From a virus: a stretch of DNA of 64,000 bases. How positions within the stretch are numbered: the stretch's first letter is position 1; each line of letters begins with the position of its first letter. A program made the position numbers and the translations under genes. This document shows positions 1-8,461 of the stretch, in pieces. The stretch spans positions 1-64,000 of IMG/VR virus record IMGVR_UViG_3300020180_000016; one strand, 5' to 3'. The notes beneath the pieces were generated by a model. The model had not been told where the DNA came from and searched no databases. It worked only from the letters and a program-made list of their open reading frames with translations.

Positions 1-201
1 CTCAGCGCCGCCAAACTAAGTCGCGCCGACCTTAGTTACGCCGACCTCAGCGGTGCCGACCTCAGCGGGGCCGACCTCAGCGGGGCCGACCTCAGCGGGG
101 CCGACCTCAGCGGGGCCGACCTTGGCGACGCCGACCTCAGCGACGCCAGGATGCCCAGGCCCGGCAGGCTGCGAAAGCCCGCAAGGCCGTCGATTGGGTA
201 G
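1..201 (+). CDS. Pentapeptide-repeat protein, C-terminal part (5' truncated by window edge)
   Basis: Frame 1 reads [49 protein letters not shown]...* with a 15-bp unit GCCGACCTCAGCGGG; TAG at 199-201. Confidence 0.85.
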   Translation, partial: LSAAKLSRADLSYADLSGADLSGADLSGADLSGADLSGADLGDADLSDARMPRPGRLRKPARPSIG

Positions 202-310
202 GTGTGATTGACATTAATCACAGCCGCACTCTTGTGTTCTGTTCTCAATCCTGCTGCGAAGCCCAGCTCACAAAGAATGGGACTTTTCGCAAGAAACCAA
301 AGGTAATGAC

Positions 311-517
311 ATGCCGATTGACTTGACCAAGATGGACACCTACGCTTATAGAATCGTTCCAGATGACGACGTGGCGACGTGCCTCAAGGTGATTTGCACA
401 CTCCGAAATCTGTCGTTGCAGCCAGTTCATTTTGACGCAGACGTGGCCGTGGTATTGAGCCATGCTCACAGGGTGATTGTAGAAGCCGTCGAGTCTGCTC
501 AGCAACCTGTAAAATAG
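311..517 (+). CDS. Small hypothetical protein
   Basis: 68-aa ORF on the coding strand, AAGG upstream; no recognisable motif. Confidence 0.35.
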   Translation: MPIDLTKMDTYAYRIVPDDDVATCLKVICTLRNLSLQPVHFDADVAVVLSHAHRVIVEAVESAQQPVK

Positions 518-520
518 GTG

Positions 521-549
521 TTGCGACGGCTACACCTACATCGTATAGT
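521..549 (+). promoter_or_regulatory. Sigma70-like promoter upstream of the replication operon
   Basis: TTGCGA (521-526), 17-nt spacer, TATAGT (544-549); TCGTATAGT recurs in three other intergenic sites. Confidence 0.6.
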
Positions 550-555
550 CTATTG

Positions 556-730
556 ACCTTGGGTTAAACCAGACGGGCAGTTTGGGTGACTTGAGGATCT
601 GGCACAGAAACTAGCAATGGCATCGTACAATCTTAGAGCACGAGTGGAGTTCAGGCGTTTCTGTGCCTGCCTGAATCTTCGCTACCATAGCCCACAGTCG
701 CTTCTGCCCGTCGCGACTGTGGGCATTTTT
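556..730 (+). ncRNA. Structured leader/attenuator: two hairpins whose loops are complementary to upstream boxes; the second hairpin is terminator-like
   Basis: Stem 650-657/668-675 with 657-667 = reverse complement of 601-611; perfect 12-bp stem 690-701/713-724 followed by ATTTTT, with loop 704-712 = reverse complement of 572-580. Confidence 0.6.
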
Positions 731-747
731 ACGGTTTCTGATTCATT

Positions 748-1071
748 ATGAGCCAATCTGTTGTAGGGTTCCTCCGCCAGGCTAACGATTTAATCACGGT
801 GTATCGGCCAATAATTTTTTGGGCTGGGTGTGATGGAGCGATATTCATATCTAGGTTGATTTACTGGTCGTCGACGACTCCTGATGGGTGGTTTTGGAAA
901 ACTTACCAGCAGTGGTATGACGACACATCCTTGAGCAAACATAAGATAAAGAGCCTCACAGAAAAACTTCAAGGGTCGGGTGTCTTAGAAGTGAAGTTGA
1001 AGAAGAATGAAAATTTCACTCCTGTGCTCTATTATCGAATCAATCTCGAACAGTTGAACAATTCTTTCTGA
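748..1071 (+). CDS. Stand-alone wHTH domain of a phage replication initiator (paralogue of the next gene's N-terminus)
   Basis: IFISRLIYWS..DGWFWKTYQQW..SLS..KLQ..VLEVK..LYYRIN parallels FLSQLIYWS..NGWFWKSFTEW..CLS..QLQ..ILAVK..LHYRID. Confidence 0.7.
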   Translation: MSQSVVGFLRQANDLITVYRPIIFWAGCDGAIFISRLIYWSSTTPDGWFWKTYQQWYDDTSLSKHKIKSLTEKLQGSGVLEVKLKKNENFTPVLYYRINLEQLNNSF

Positions 1072-1082
1072 GGGTTGGATTG

Positions 1083-2120
1083 ATGAGACAAGCTCGGCGG
1101 GTGTTTGAATCTTTGGTGGGCGTCGGTAACGGCCTCTGGATAAATCGATCCTTGATTAGTTTCATGAGGGACGATCTTGGTGGTGGTGCCTTTCTGTCTC
1201 AATTGATCTATTGGTCAAAGACTTTGCCGGATTCTAGGAATGGGTGGTTTTGGAAGAGTTTCACGGAATGGAAAGATGAGGTTTGCCTCAGTCGATACGC
1301 TGTTGAAAAGTATTCAACCCAACTTCAAGAAATGCGGATCCTTGCGGTTAAGCTCAAGCAGACCGGCAGAGCACCCACACTTCATTATCGAATAGACTGG
1401 GAGGTTCTTTTAGAAGCCTACACCAAACACGTTGATACCGACCATAAAGAGATTGCACAGTCCATTCGCGAAAATTTGCGAATCGACCATAAAGAGATTG
1501 CACAGTCACCCTGCTGGAATCCGCAAATCGACCATAAAGAGATTGCACAGCCACCCTGCTGGAATCCGCAAATCGATATGCTGGAATCCGCAAATCCTCT
1601 ACATAGCTTACTTACAGAAAATAAAATACTGTCGGGGGTAAACCCCGACCGTGCCAAATCTCTAATTTCCAAAGAAAGAAGTGTACCGGCATTTTTTTCG
1701 ACCAACGAGTCCACCGTCAGCCAACCAATCAAATATCCAGAAATTGCCGCGAAGAAACTTTACGAGGGCTTGGCCGCGAAGAGTAAAATCATCCGCCCGC
1801 CAAACCTAATTCAATGGGCTGGGCAAATCCAACAATTCTTTCTTGAAGCTGATGTTGAGAAGGCTGAATTTGACCGTGTGTTGAGTTGGTACGTGGAACA
1901 CGTCGGTGGCAAATATCTAGTAGCGGCATATTCCGCAAAAACATTTTGTGATAAGTTTGTCCGTATAAGAGATAAGATGCAGGAAACTTGCCCGCCACCA
2001 GAACCAGCACACGTCGCACCGGAAGTCAGAATTGACCCGGAAACGGTAAATATGACTCTCGAGGAGAAGAGGGCGTGGGCGAAGAAAATCATGGATAGAA
2101 TGGATGGGGTAATTTCTTGA
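1083..2120 (+). CDS. Phage replication initiation protein (N-terminal wHTH, iteron-bearing linker, C-terminal domain)
   Basis: LSQLIYWS/GWFWKS motif of phage replisome organisers; internal direct repeats; overlaps the helicase start. Confidence 0.8.
   Translation: MRQARRVFESLVGVGNGLWINRSLISFMRDDLGGGAFLSQLIYWSKTLPDSRNGWFWKSFTEWKDEVCLSRYAVEKYSTQLQEMRILAVKLKQTGRAPTLHYRIDWEVLLEAYTKHVDTDHKEIAQSIRENLRIDHKEIAQSPCWNPQIDHKEIAQPPCWNPQIDMLESANPLHSLLTENKILSGVNPDRAKSLISKERSVPAFFSTNESTVSQPIKYPEIAAKKLYEGLAAKSKIIRPPNLIQWAGQIQQFFLEADVEKAEFDRVLSWYVEHVGGKYLVAAYSAKTFCDKFVRIRDKMQETCPPPEPAHVAPEVRIDPETVNMTLEEKRAWAKKIMDRMDGVIS
1439..1596 (+). repeat. Iterons, putative replication origin inside the initiator gene
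   Basis: CGACCATAAAGAGATTGCACAG at 1439, 1484, 1529 (45-bp period); TGCTGGAATCCGCAAATC at 1512, 1557, 1579; AT-rich tract at about 1600-1630. Confidence 0.85.
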
Positions 2121-3484
2121 AGACCGAGAAATACGACGGCACCGCTCCGCGAATGGTTTTAATTGGGATGGTGACTGACCGTGTGGTGTGCGGCCGTGTT
2201 GCGTCGCAGTGGATACCGGAAGGGTTGTTCGATTCATCGTGGATGAATCTTGTAGCGATCCTCATCATCAACTATTTCAAGAAGTACAATACTGCACCTG
2301 GTGACCAATTGATCCATGTCTTTGAGACGTGGGCATCAGAGACGCAGGCTTCTGAGGAAGCGATTCAAGCGATTGAGCGATTTCTGGTTTCGCTGAATGA
2401 TGTGGAGCAGGAAGATTGTTCGGATTACGTTCTTGATCTTGCCGGTAAATATTTCAACAAGGTGCGGCTGGAGCGAGACATTGAAGCCGCCAAGATTGAC
2501 TTACAAGCCGGCCGCGTAGGTGAGGCCGAGGCTCGATTTGAACGACGGGTCAAAGTCAACCTAGGTGCCCGCTCATACGTTGAACCGGCCGCTGACCCGA
2601 ATCTGTGGATGGAGGCTTTCTCCAGAGATCGTAGAAAGCCTTTGGTTCGATTCCATGGTGACTATGGTGAATTTGTAGGCGCTGCTTTCGTTCGTAGTTC
2701 CCTGTTCTCGTACATGGCTCCGGATAAGGTCGGTAAATCAACACATCTGATAGATTTCGCGTATCTAGCTGCTCGGCAGCGAAATCGTGTCGCGTTCTTC
2801 GATACTGGAGATTCGGATGTCGAAGAAGTGATGTTGCGGTTCGCTCTGCGGACTCTCCGATTACCCGAGTATGCGGGAGATTATTCAATCCCGTCTGGGT
2901 GGGGGCCTGATGGGAAATTAGTGAGTTCTGCTCTGCCGCACGAAGAGGCGAACCCACTGGAAGGGTATCGTGAATTTCTTAAGATGTGCCGATCAACGAA
3001 TTCGTTTAGATTAGCATGTTACGAAAATTCGTCAATGAGCGTCGCCGACATTGACGGTGTGCTGGACGATTGGGATGTGGAAGGTTGGCGGCCAGATGTC
3101 ATCGTTCTGGATTACGCAGACATTTTGGCACCGTTGAAAGGTATCCGAGATAAGGATGACCAGATTGACGAGACGTGGAAGGCTCTGCGACGGATGTCTC
3201 AGCGTCGGCACTGCCTAGTGATGACAGCCTCGCAGACCTCATCGCTGGCGTACACGATGGACGATTCGGCCTTGTTGCGGAAGAAACACTTCTCGGGCAG
3301 AAAGACGAAGTTGGCTCACGTCAATGGGATGTTGGGAATTAATGTGAATGACAAAGAGAAAGATTCCGGCGAGGCTCGCATAAACTGGATCGTCCGTCGC
3401 AAGGCGAAGTACAATGAGAGCCATTTCTGCCGCATCGCAGGTAACTACGCTCTGGGTTGTCCGGCGATTGTGAGCAAGCGGTAG
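2117..3484 (+). CDS. DnaB-like (SF4) replicative helicase
   Basis: Walker A APDKVGKST, Walker B VIVLDYADIL, motif TASQT. Confidence 0.85.
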   Translation: MKTEKYDGTAPRMVLIGMVTDRVVCGRVASQWIPEGLFDSSWMNLVAILIINYFKKYNTAPGDQLIHVFETWASETQASEEAIQAIERFLVSLNDVEQEDCSDYVLDLAGKYFNKVRLERDIEAAKIDLQAGRVGEAEARFERRVKVNLGARSYVEPAADPNLWMEAFSRDRRKPLVRFHGDYGEFVGAAFVRSSLFSYMAPDKVGKSTHLIDFAYLAARQRNRVAFFDTGDSDVEEVMLRFALRTLRLPEYAGDYSIPSGWGPDGKLVSSALPHEEANPLEGYREFLKMCRSTNSFRLACYENSSMSVADIDGVLDDWDVEGWRPDVIVLDYADILAPLKGIRDKDDQIDETWKALRRMSQRRHCLVMTASQTSSLAYTMDDSALLRKKHFSGRKTKLAHVNGMLGINVNDKEKDSGEARINWIVRRKAKYNESHFCRIAGNYALGCPAIVSKR

Positions 3485-3653
3485 ATTATTTGGATGTCCA
3501 TCGTCAGGCTGATTCATGACTTAGAGCGAACGGTAGAAAACGGTGCAATTTGGGGTAATAAATTGCACGGTATGTCGTAGACTTGTGGTGTAGGGTAAAC
3601 ACACAAAGGTGACCAAAGGTTGCCGACACACATCCAGATTGAGGAGAATGAAG

Positions 3654-4325
3654 ATGAGCACCGTTGAATCTGCTGCGTCGAATAAGTTGCTGCTTCCGCT
3701 CGAGCGGGCCCGTGCCGTCCTGCTGTTCCTCGGATTCCAACTGGCGCCGAAATGGAACGCCGACCAGATGACCAAGAAGATGCCGCTGTGCGTCGACATC
3801 GACTTCTCGGCCGGTCCGAAGAATGAGCAGGTCAAGTTCGACCTGGCTGAGGTGCTCGAGGCCGTCAAGGCCAGTCGCGAGATTCGTGTCTTCGAAGGCG
3901 ATCAGCCGACCGAGGCCGACCTGGCGAAGAAGAGTGGTGACGACAAGGCCGTCAAGGAAGTCGAGCGGGCTCGCAAGGCCAAGGCTCGGCAAGAAGCTGC
4001 CGAAGAGAAGAAGGCCGCTCGCGAGAAGGCCAAGGCCGAGAAGGAACAAGCCAAGGCCAACAAGGCAGCCGGCAAGGGCAAGCCGGCGAAGGACATGGCC
4101 AAGGGGCGTGGATATTACGCCGGCGTGGTCTGCCGCACGATGGGTTACAAGGACGGCATCACGGAGACGATGATCGCCGAGGTGGATCGTCTCTACGGCA
4201 AGGCCAACCCGCAGGTCTCCAAGGGTGCTCTGGGTTGGGCCATCTCTGCCTTGGAAGGCTTCAACACCGGGGTTGTCGAACCTCAGGTGGCTGACGCTGG
4301 CGCCCCCAGCGATCCGTCGGCTTAA
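3654..4325 (+). CDS. Lys/Ala/Glu-rich hypothetical protein, possibly DNA-binding
   Basis: SD GAGGAG 7 nt before ATG 3654; KAKARQEAAEEKKAAREKAKAEKE tract; inverted repeat GTGCAATTT/AAATTGCAC at 3543-3568 upstream. Confidence 0.65.
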   Translation: MSTVESAASNKLLLPLERARAVLLFLGFQLAPKWNADQMTKKMPLCVDIDFSAGPKNEQVKFDLAEVLEAVKASREIRVFEGDQPTEADLAKKSGDDKAVKEVERARKAKARQEAAEEKKAAREKAKAEKEQAKANKAAGKGKPAKDMAKGRGYYAGVVCRTMGYKDGITETMIAEVDRLYGKANPQVSKGALGWAISALEGFNTGVVEPQVADAGAPSDPSA

Positions 4326-4349
4326 TTGCCGACGGTTTGCTCGGTGCTA

Positions 4350-4438
4350 GAGTGGTGTAAACGGTGTCTGCGGTATTGTGCTTGATAGGCTACTAGGCCG
4401 TCGTACAATACCGCAGACGCCGTTCACACACCACACTC
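4350..4438 (+). promoter_or_regulatory. Long RNA hairpin directly upstream of the modification cluster
   Basis: 4350-4381 pairs with 4403-4438; two core deviations are G-U compatible on the + strand. Confidence 0.55.
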
Positions 4439-4448
4439 AGGTACCACC

Positions 4449-5207
4449 ATGCACATCGTGCTCGCACCGCATCTCGATGACGAGATCATTGGGTGTTATT
4501 CCGTTCTGGATAAGGTCGACCTGGTGCTCTACTTCTCGGTAGATTATCGGGCTGACCAAAATCAGGATCAACGGCCGGGCAGGATTTTGTATGTGCCGGC
4601 CGGCGAGTGGTCCCTACCGCAAATCACCACCCACGATACCGTCTACCTCCCCAGTCAATTCGACTACCATCCACTCCACCGTAAGGTGCGGCGGGTGGGT
4701 TTATCATTGCCTGGTCATAAGATGTTCTACTCGGTGGAGATGAACACCCCGTGGTTGGAAGAGGAAGCCGACCCCGAAGGTAAACGGAATTTGTTTGAGA
4801 AGATGTACCCCGGAGAAGTTGCGACGATCAGCAAATCGGACAAGTATTTCCTCTTCAAGTCCATTCAGCCTTTTGATTCTGTGATCTGGGCTTCTGTGCG
4901 ATTTACGAAACCGTTTATCCATCATTGGCCAGATGCACCCGAAGAGGTGAGTTTCTTAGCACATCCGCATCGGCATTTGTTTCATTTCCAAGTCGATGTC
5001 CAGCAGTTTGACGGTGATCGAGAGATCGAGTATCTCCAATTGTCAAGCCGTGTGCAGACGTGGTTTAAGACTCAGATTTGGGGGTCTTCGACGAGCTGCG
5101 AGGGCTTTGCCAGTCGCATAAAATTATGGTTAGAAACCGTCTACGTCGATCGTAAAGTTCGTGTGAGCGTTTACGAGGATGGTGAGAATGGTGTTGTTTT
5201 GGAGTAG
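4449..5207 (+). CDS. PIG-L family de-N-acetylase fused to a QueD-like (T-fold) domain
   Basis: N-terminal LAPHLDDEIIG and HPLH; C-terminal IHHWPDAPEEVSFLAHPHRHLFHF..DREIEY..SCE..VSVYEDGENG. Confidence 0.75.
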   Translation: MHIVLAPHLDDEIIGCYSVLDKVDLVLYFSVDYRADQNQDQRPGRILYVPAGEWSLPQITTHDTVYLPSQFDYHPLHRKVRRVGLSLPGHKMFYSVEMNTPWLEEEADPEGKRNLFEKMYPGEVATISKSDKYFLFKSIQPFDSVIWASVRFTKPFIHHWPDAPEEVSFLAHPHRHLFHFQVDVQQFDGDREIEYLQLSSRVQTWFKTQIWGSSTSCEGFASRIKLWLETVYVDRKVRVSVYEDGENGVVLE

Positions 5208-5210
5208 GCC

Positions 5211-5675
5211 ATGAATTTGGAGCAGCGTGTTGATGATGCGTTGATGCGGATTCAATTCGTATTGGATACGATGGTGACGCACCCCAATCAAGTCGTGTCG
5301 GCATACAGCGGAGGCAAGGATAGCCGAGCCGTGCTCACGTTGGCTAGGAAGGTGCTTCCCAAGATCATCGCCGTCTATAACGGACACCCGGGCGAGGACT
5401 TTGGTGAAGAGACGGTTCTGATTGTCAAGGAGCCCAAAGCCGTTCACGTCCCGCAATTTCTTGCTTCAGTTGACATCAAGGTGCAACTGGACGGCACCCG
5501 GCGAGACGAAGACAAAGACGTCGTCTTCGGTGGAAAGTTGATCCATCGGAGTGCGATGCCGACGTCGTTCACTGAGAAGGGTGTCTGGGGCTTGGCAGTG
5601 ATGTTTCCGATCTGGGATTGGACCGAAGAAACCGTTCTCGAATTCTTGAGGAGCGAAGGTGTTCGGATTCCGTAA
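5211..5675 (+). CDS. PAPS-reductase-like PP-loop protein (adenine nucleotide alpha-hydrolase superfamily)
   Basis: AYSGGKDS, DGTRRDE, FPIWDWT. Confidence 0.75.
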   Translation: MNLEQRVDDALMRIQFVLDTMVTHPNQVVSAYSGGKDSRAVLTLARKVLPKIIAVYNGHPGEDFGEETVLIVKEPKAVHVPQFLASVDIKVQLDGTRRDEDKDVVFGGKLIHRSAMPTSFTEKGVWGLAVMFPIWDWTEETVLEFLRSEGVRIP

Positions 5676-6207
5676 CATCAAACAGTCGTATGAGGGGGAG
5701 GGTGATTGGCTAGGCATCCGTACTCTCTTTCTGACGTGCCCTGGATTGGAGGAGGCACCTATTGGTGCCTACCGGCACCTTGAGGCCTTGTATATTACAG
5801 TGGATGACAAGGTGGACTTCGACCAAATCATCTCTTACGTCTTCGATTTTTATCGACAGACGACGATCGAGGTGTTTCAGGAATTTTGCCCCTTAGATAA
5901 TTTTTTGAAGTTGCTTGAATCTGAGTTGACGAAGACGTCTCGCTTGATTCGATTCTTTTACTCGGTCGACACCTATTTTCCACTCCGTGAATTTCCGGGT
6001 TTTGTGAAAGTCCGGGTTACGAAGCCAGCAGAGATGTTTCCGCGTTTGAAGGTGGCCAACGATTTTGCCTTCGACGGACATCAAGTCTTGCTCATGCCGG
6101 AATACGGTGGGCCTGACGTAGGTCAGCACATGATGGAAATCTTCGGTTACGTTCAATCCGGCGTCCGTGTGATGCCTCCAGTTCACCATCTTTTGGGAAT
6201 TGATTGA
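5659..6207 (+). CDS. Degenerate QueE-like paralogue lacking the radical-SAM CxxxCxxC motif
   Basis: SYEGEGDWLGIRTLF and VRVMPPVHHLLGI mirror QueE termini (SIQGEG..G.P..F / RL..Q.HK..G). Confidence 0.55.
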   Translation: MFGFRNIKQSYEGEGDWLGIRTLFLTCPGLEEAPIGAYRHLEALYITVDDKVDFDQIISYVFDFYRQTTIEVFQEFCPLDNFLKLLESELTKTSRLIRFFYSVDTYFPLREFPGFVKVRVTKPAEMFPRLKVANDFAFDGHQVLLMPEYGGPDVGQHMMEIFGYVQSGVRVMPPVHHLLGID

Positions 6208-7271
6208 TGCTTCGGATTCTTCCGATTGAGCCTCTCGAGGAGCGATACACCAAGCAGTGGTATGATTGGTTTCCTCAAGAATGTGAGCGGCAAGGAATCA
6301 AGTACGAAGTCATCGACGGGGTGCCATTGACCGATCGTGTTGAGGTCGGGACGTTCCTCGACGTCAATTCGACGATGCACTATAAGGCTACGCAGATTGC
6401 GGTATTGGCGGGGAATATTCGTTGTGGGTTGGTCCACAAGAGTGATACCATCTTTCTGGCTGACGGTGAGATGTTCGGCATGGAAGGATCCATCCGTTAT
6501 CTTTTGCAGATGAATGGATTAGCTGACGTGAAGGTGGTGGCCTTCATTCATGCCGGGAGTTACACCCAAGGTGATTTCGTGCAGCAGTGTTCGTATTTTG
6601 CGGAGAAATATGAACAGGCTTGGGCGAACGTCTTTGACATGATTCTGGTTGGGTCAGAGTATCACGCGCATCGACTCTACAATCATCGAGGGATTCCTCT
6701 CGAGATGATTCAGGTCACCGGCAATCCGTATGACGTCGACGCGGTCAAATCAAGTATCACCTACCGCCCGAAGGTTAAGCGGGTCATCCACACCAATCGA
6801 CCGGATCCTGAGAAGCAGCCAGATGTGACTTTAGACATCTTTGAGGTGTTGAAACAGAAGCATCCGGATTGGGAATTTATGGTAACCACCAGTCGTCGAG
6901 TCTGGGGTGCTCCTGATCTCCGTAAAAGAGCTCTTCGGCTGCAAGAGCAAGGGATCATCCAAGTTCGAGAGAACCTAACAAAGGTCGAGTATCTGAGCTT
7001 GCTCCAAGAGAGCGTGGTGATGACCGGCAACACAATTGAGGAAAATTTTGGATATTGTCTTCTTGAAGCAATGCTGATGGACACAATACCAGTCGTACCT
7101 GAGGATTACAGCCACCCCGAATTGGTTGGTGGTGACAGGCGATGTATGTTTGAGAGTCGAGGTGAGCAGATTATTGGGATTGAGATGGCGATGGATCATC
7201 CGTTTCCCGTTTCTCAATATGCCGAGCAGTATCGGCACAGTCTCCAGAACATTGTCAAGCTCTTGAAATAG
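6207..7271 (+). CDS. GT-B (GT4-like) glycosyltransferase
   Basis: RPDPEKQP and EENFGYCLLEAM (EX7E) motifs; N-terminal PIEPLEERYTKQW. Confidence 0.85.
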   Translation: MLRILPIEPLEERYTKQWYDWFPQECERQGIKYEVIDGVPLTDRVEVGTFLDVNSTMHYKATQIAVLAGNIRCGLVHKSDTIFLADGEMFGMEGSIRYLLQMNGLADVKVVAFIHAGSYTQGDFVQQCSYFAEKYEQAWANVFDMILVGSEYHAHRLYNHRGIPLEMIQVTGNPYDVDAVKSSITYRPKVKRVIHTNRPDPEKQPDVTLDIFEVLKQKHPDWEFMVTTSRRVWGAPDLRKRALRLQEQGIIQVRENLTKVEYLSLLQESVVMTGNTIEENFGYCLLEAMLMDTIPVVPEDYSHPELVGGDRRCMFESRGEQIIGIEMAMDHPFPVSQYAEQYRHSLQNIVKLLK

Positions 7272-7280
7272 AGGTGGTAG

Positions 7281-7733
7281 GTGCTGCACCGATTGAAACG
7301 ACGGATAGAATTCGATGCCGGCCACCGTGTCTTAGGTCACGGCGGTAAGTGCCGCCATCTTCATGGTCACAGATATGTCTGTTGGATTGAATGCGAGTGT
7401 GAGGTGTTGAACGACCTAGGAATGGTCGTCGACTTCGCAGACGTGAAAAGAATCGTAGGTGGCTGGGTTGATGGCAATCTTGACCACAACATGATTTTAC
7501 ATCCGGAAGATCCGTTGTTGGCAGAGGGCATCAATCCAGAGAGCTTGCAGAGTATCTTCGGGTGTCGACTACCGTTCATCATGCCAGCTTCTCGACCCAA
7601 TCCGACAGCAGAGAACATCGCAGCCGTCGTATTTGATAAGGCGTCGCAATTGCTTGGCGGTGCTGGGCTGTGGGTAGTTTCCGTCGAGGTTTTTGAGACA
7701 CCGAATTGCTCAGCTACACATTTCAAACAATAG
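7281..7733 (+). CDS. queD: 6-carboxytetrahydropterin synthase
   Basis: FDAGHR..CRHLHGHRY, GMVVDF, LDH, NPTAENIA, VFETP. Confidence 0.95.
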   Translation: MLHRLKRRIEFDAGHRVLGHGGKCRHLHGHRYVCWIECECEVLNDLGMVVDFADVKRIVGGWVDGNLDHNMILHPEDPLLAEGINPESLQSIFGCRLPFIMPASRPNPTAENIAAVVFDKASQLLGGAGLWVVSVEVFETPNCSATHFKQ

Positions 7734-7742
7734 AGGTGGTTT

Positions 7743-8447
7743 GTGGATCGTGTCAATTGCCAGCCCATCGAGAAGGTGGTGGAGAGTGAAACTCTTGACG
7801 TGCAAGAGGTGTTTGACACGATACAAGGAGAGGGGCCTTTTGCCGGCACACCCGCGACTTTCATTCGGTTGGCGGGTTGCAATTTGAATTGTTCTTATTG
7901 TGATACCGACTATACCAGTCGTCGGCGATCGTTGACCATTGACGATTTGTGGAAAATACTGGAACCGCTACCGGCTCGTGATTTAGTTGTGTTGACGGGT
8001 GGAGAGCCTTTTCGTCAACGTCGAGTCATTGATCTAATGCGAGAGTTCAGCGACCGTGGAACTTTTGTGCAGGTCGAGACTAATGGGACCGTGTATCCGG
8101 TAGGCTTGAGCGGATTGATGGCCGAGACTGAGTCGTGTGCCATCGTTTGCTCTCCCAAGACAGTTGCGGTAAACCCGGCGGTGGCTACTGTGATTGATTA
8201 TTGGAAATTCGTCGTCGCCGCCGGGTTTATCGATGCGAAGGATGGGCTGCCTTTGGAGTCGGTAGGCCCGGAATACGGACGAGTCTACCGTCCGGAAGAT
8301 GTCGACCCTTCCATGATATTCGTGCAGCCTCTTGATGTCGGTGATCCTGAGAAGAACAAGAGGCATCAAGAGGCTGCGGTTCAATCTTGTATGAAGTTCG
8401 GGTACCGACTGTGCCTTCAGATGCAGAAGATTGTCGGGTTGCCTTAG
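7743..8447 (+). CDS. queE: 7-carboxy-7-deazaguanine synthase (radical SAM)
   Basis: TIQGEGP, FIRLAGCNLNCSYCDT, TGGEP, VETNG, CSPK. Confidence 0.95.
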   Translation: MDRVNCQPIEKVVESETLDVQEVFDTIQGEGPFAGTPATFIRLAGCNLNCSYCDTDYTSRRRSLTIDDLWKILEPLPARDLVVLTGGEPFRQRRVIDLMREFSDRGTFVQVETNGTVYPVGLSGLMAETESCAIVCSPKTVAVNPAVATVIDYWKFVVAAGFIDAKDGLPLESVGPEYGRVYRPEDVDPSMIFVQPLDVGDPEKNKRHQEAAVQSCMKFGYRLCLQMQKIVGLP

Positions 8448-8461
8448 AGAGGGGTTTGGCT

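Noticed and set aside
36-248. Minus-strand ORF with RSAPL repeats
   Set aside because: Antisense shadow of the plus-strand pentapeptide (ADLSG) repeat
1439-1596. 45-bp periodic repeats as a CRISPR array
   Set aside because: In-frame inside the initiator gene and intervening segments are not unique; fits iterons
5211-5675. Calling the SGGKDS protein QueC
   Set aside because: Only 154 aa, lacks the QueC Cys zinc motif, and has the PAPS-reductase-type PIWDW motif
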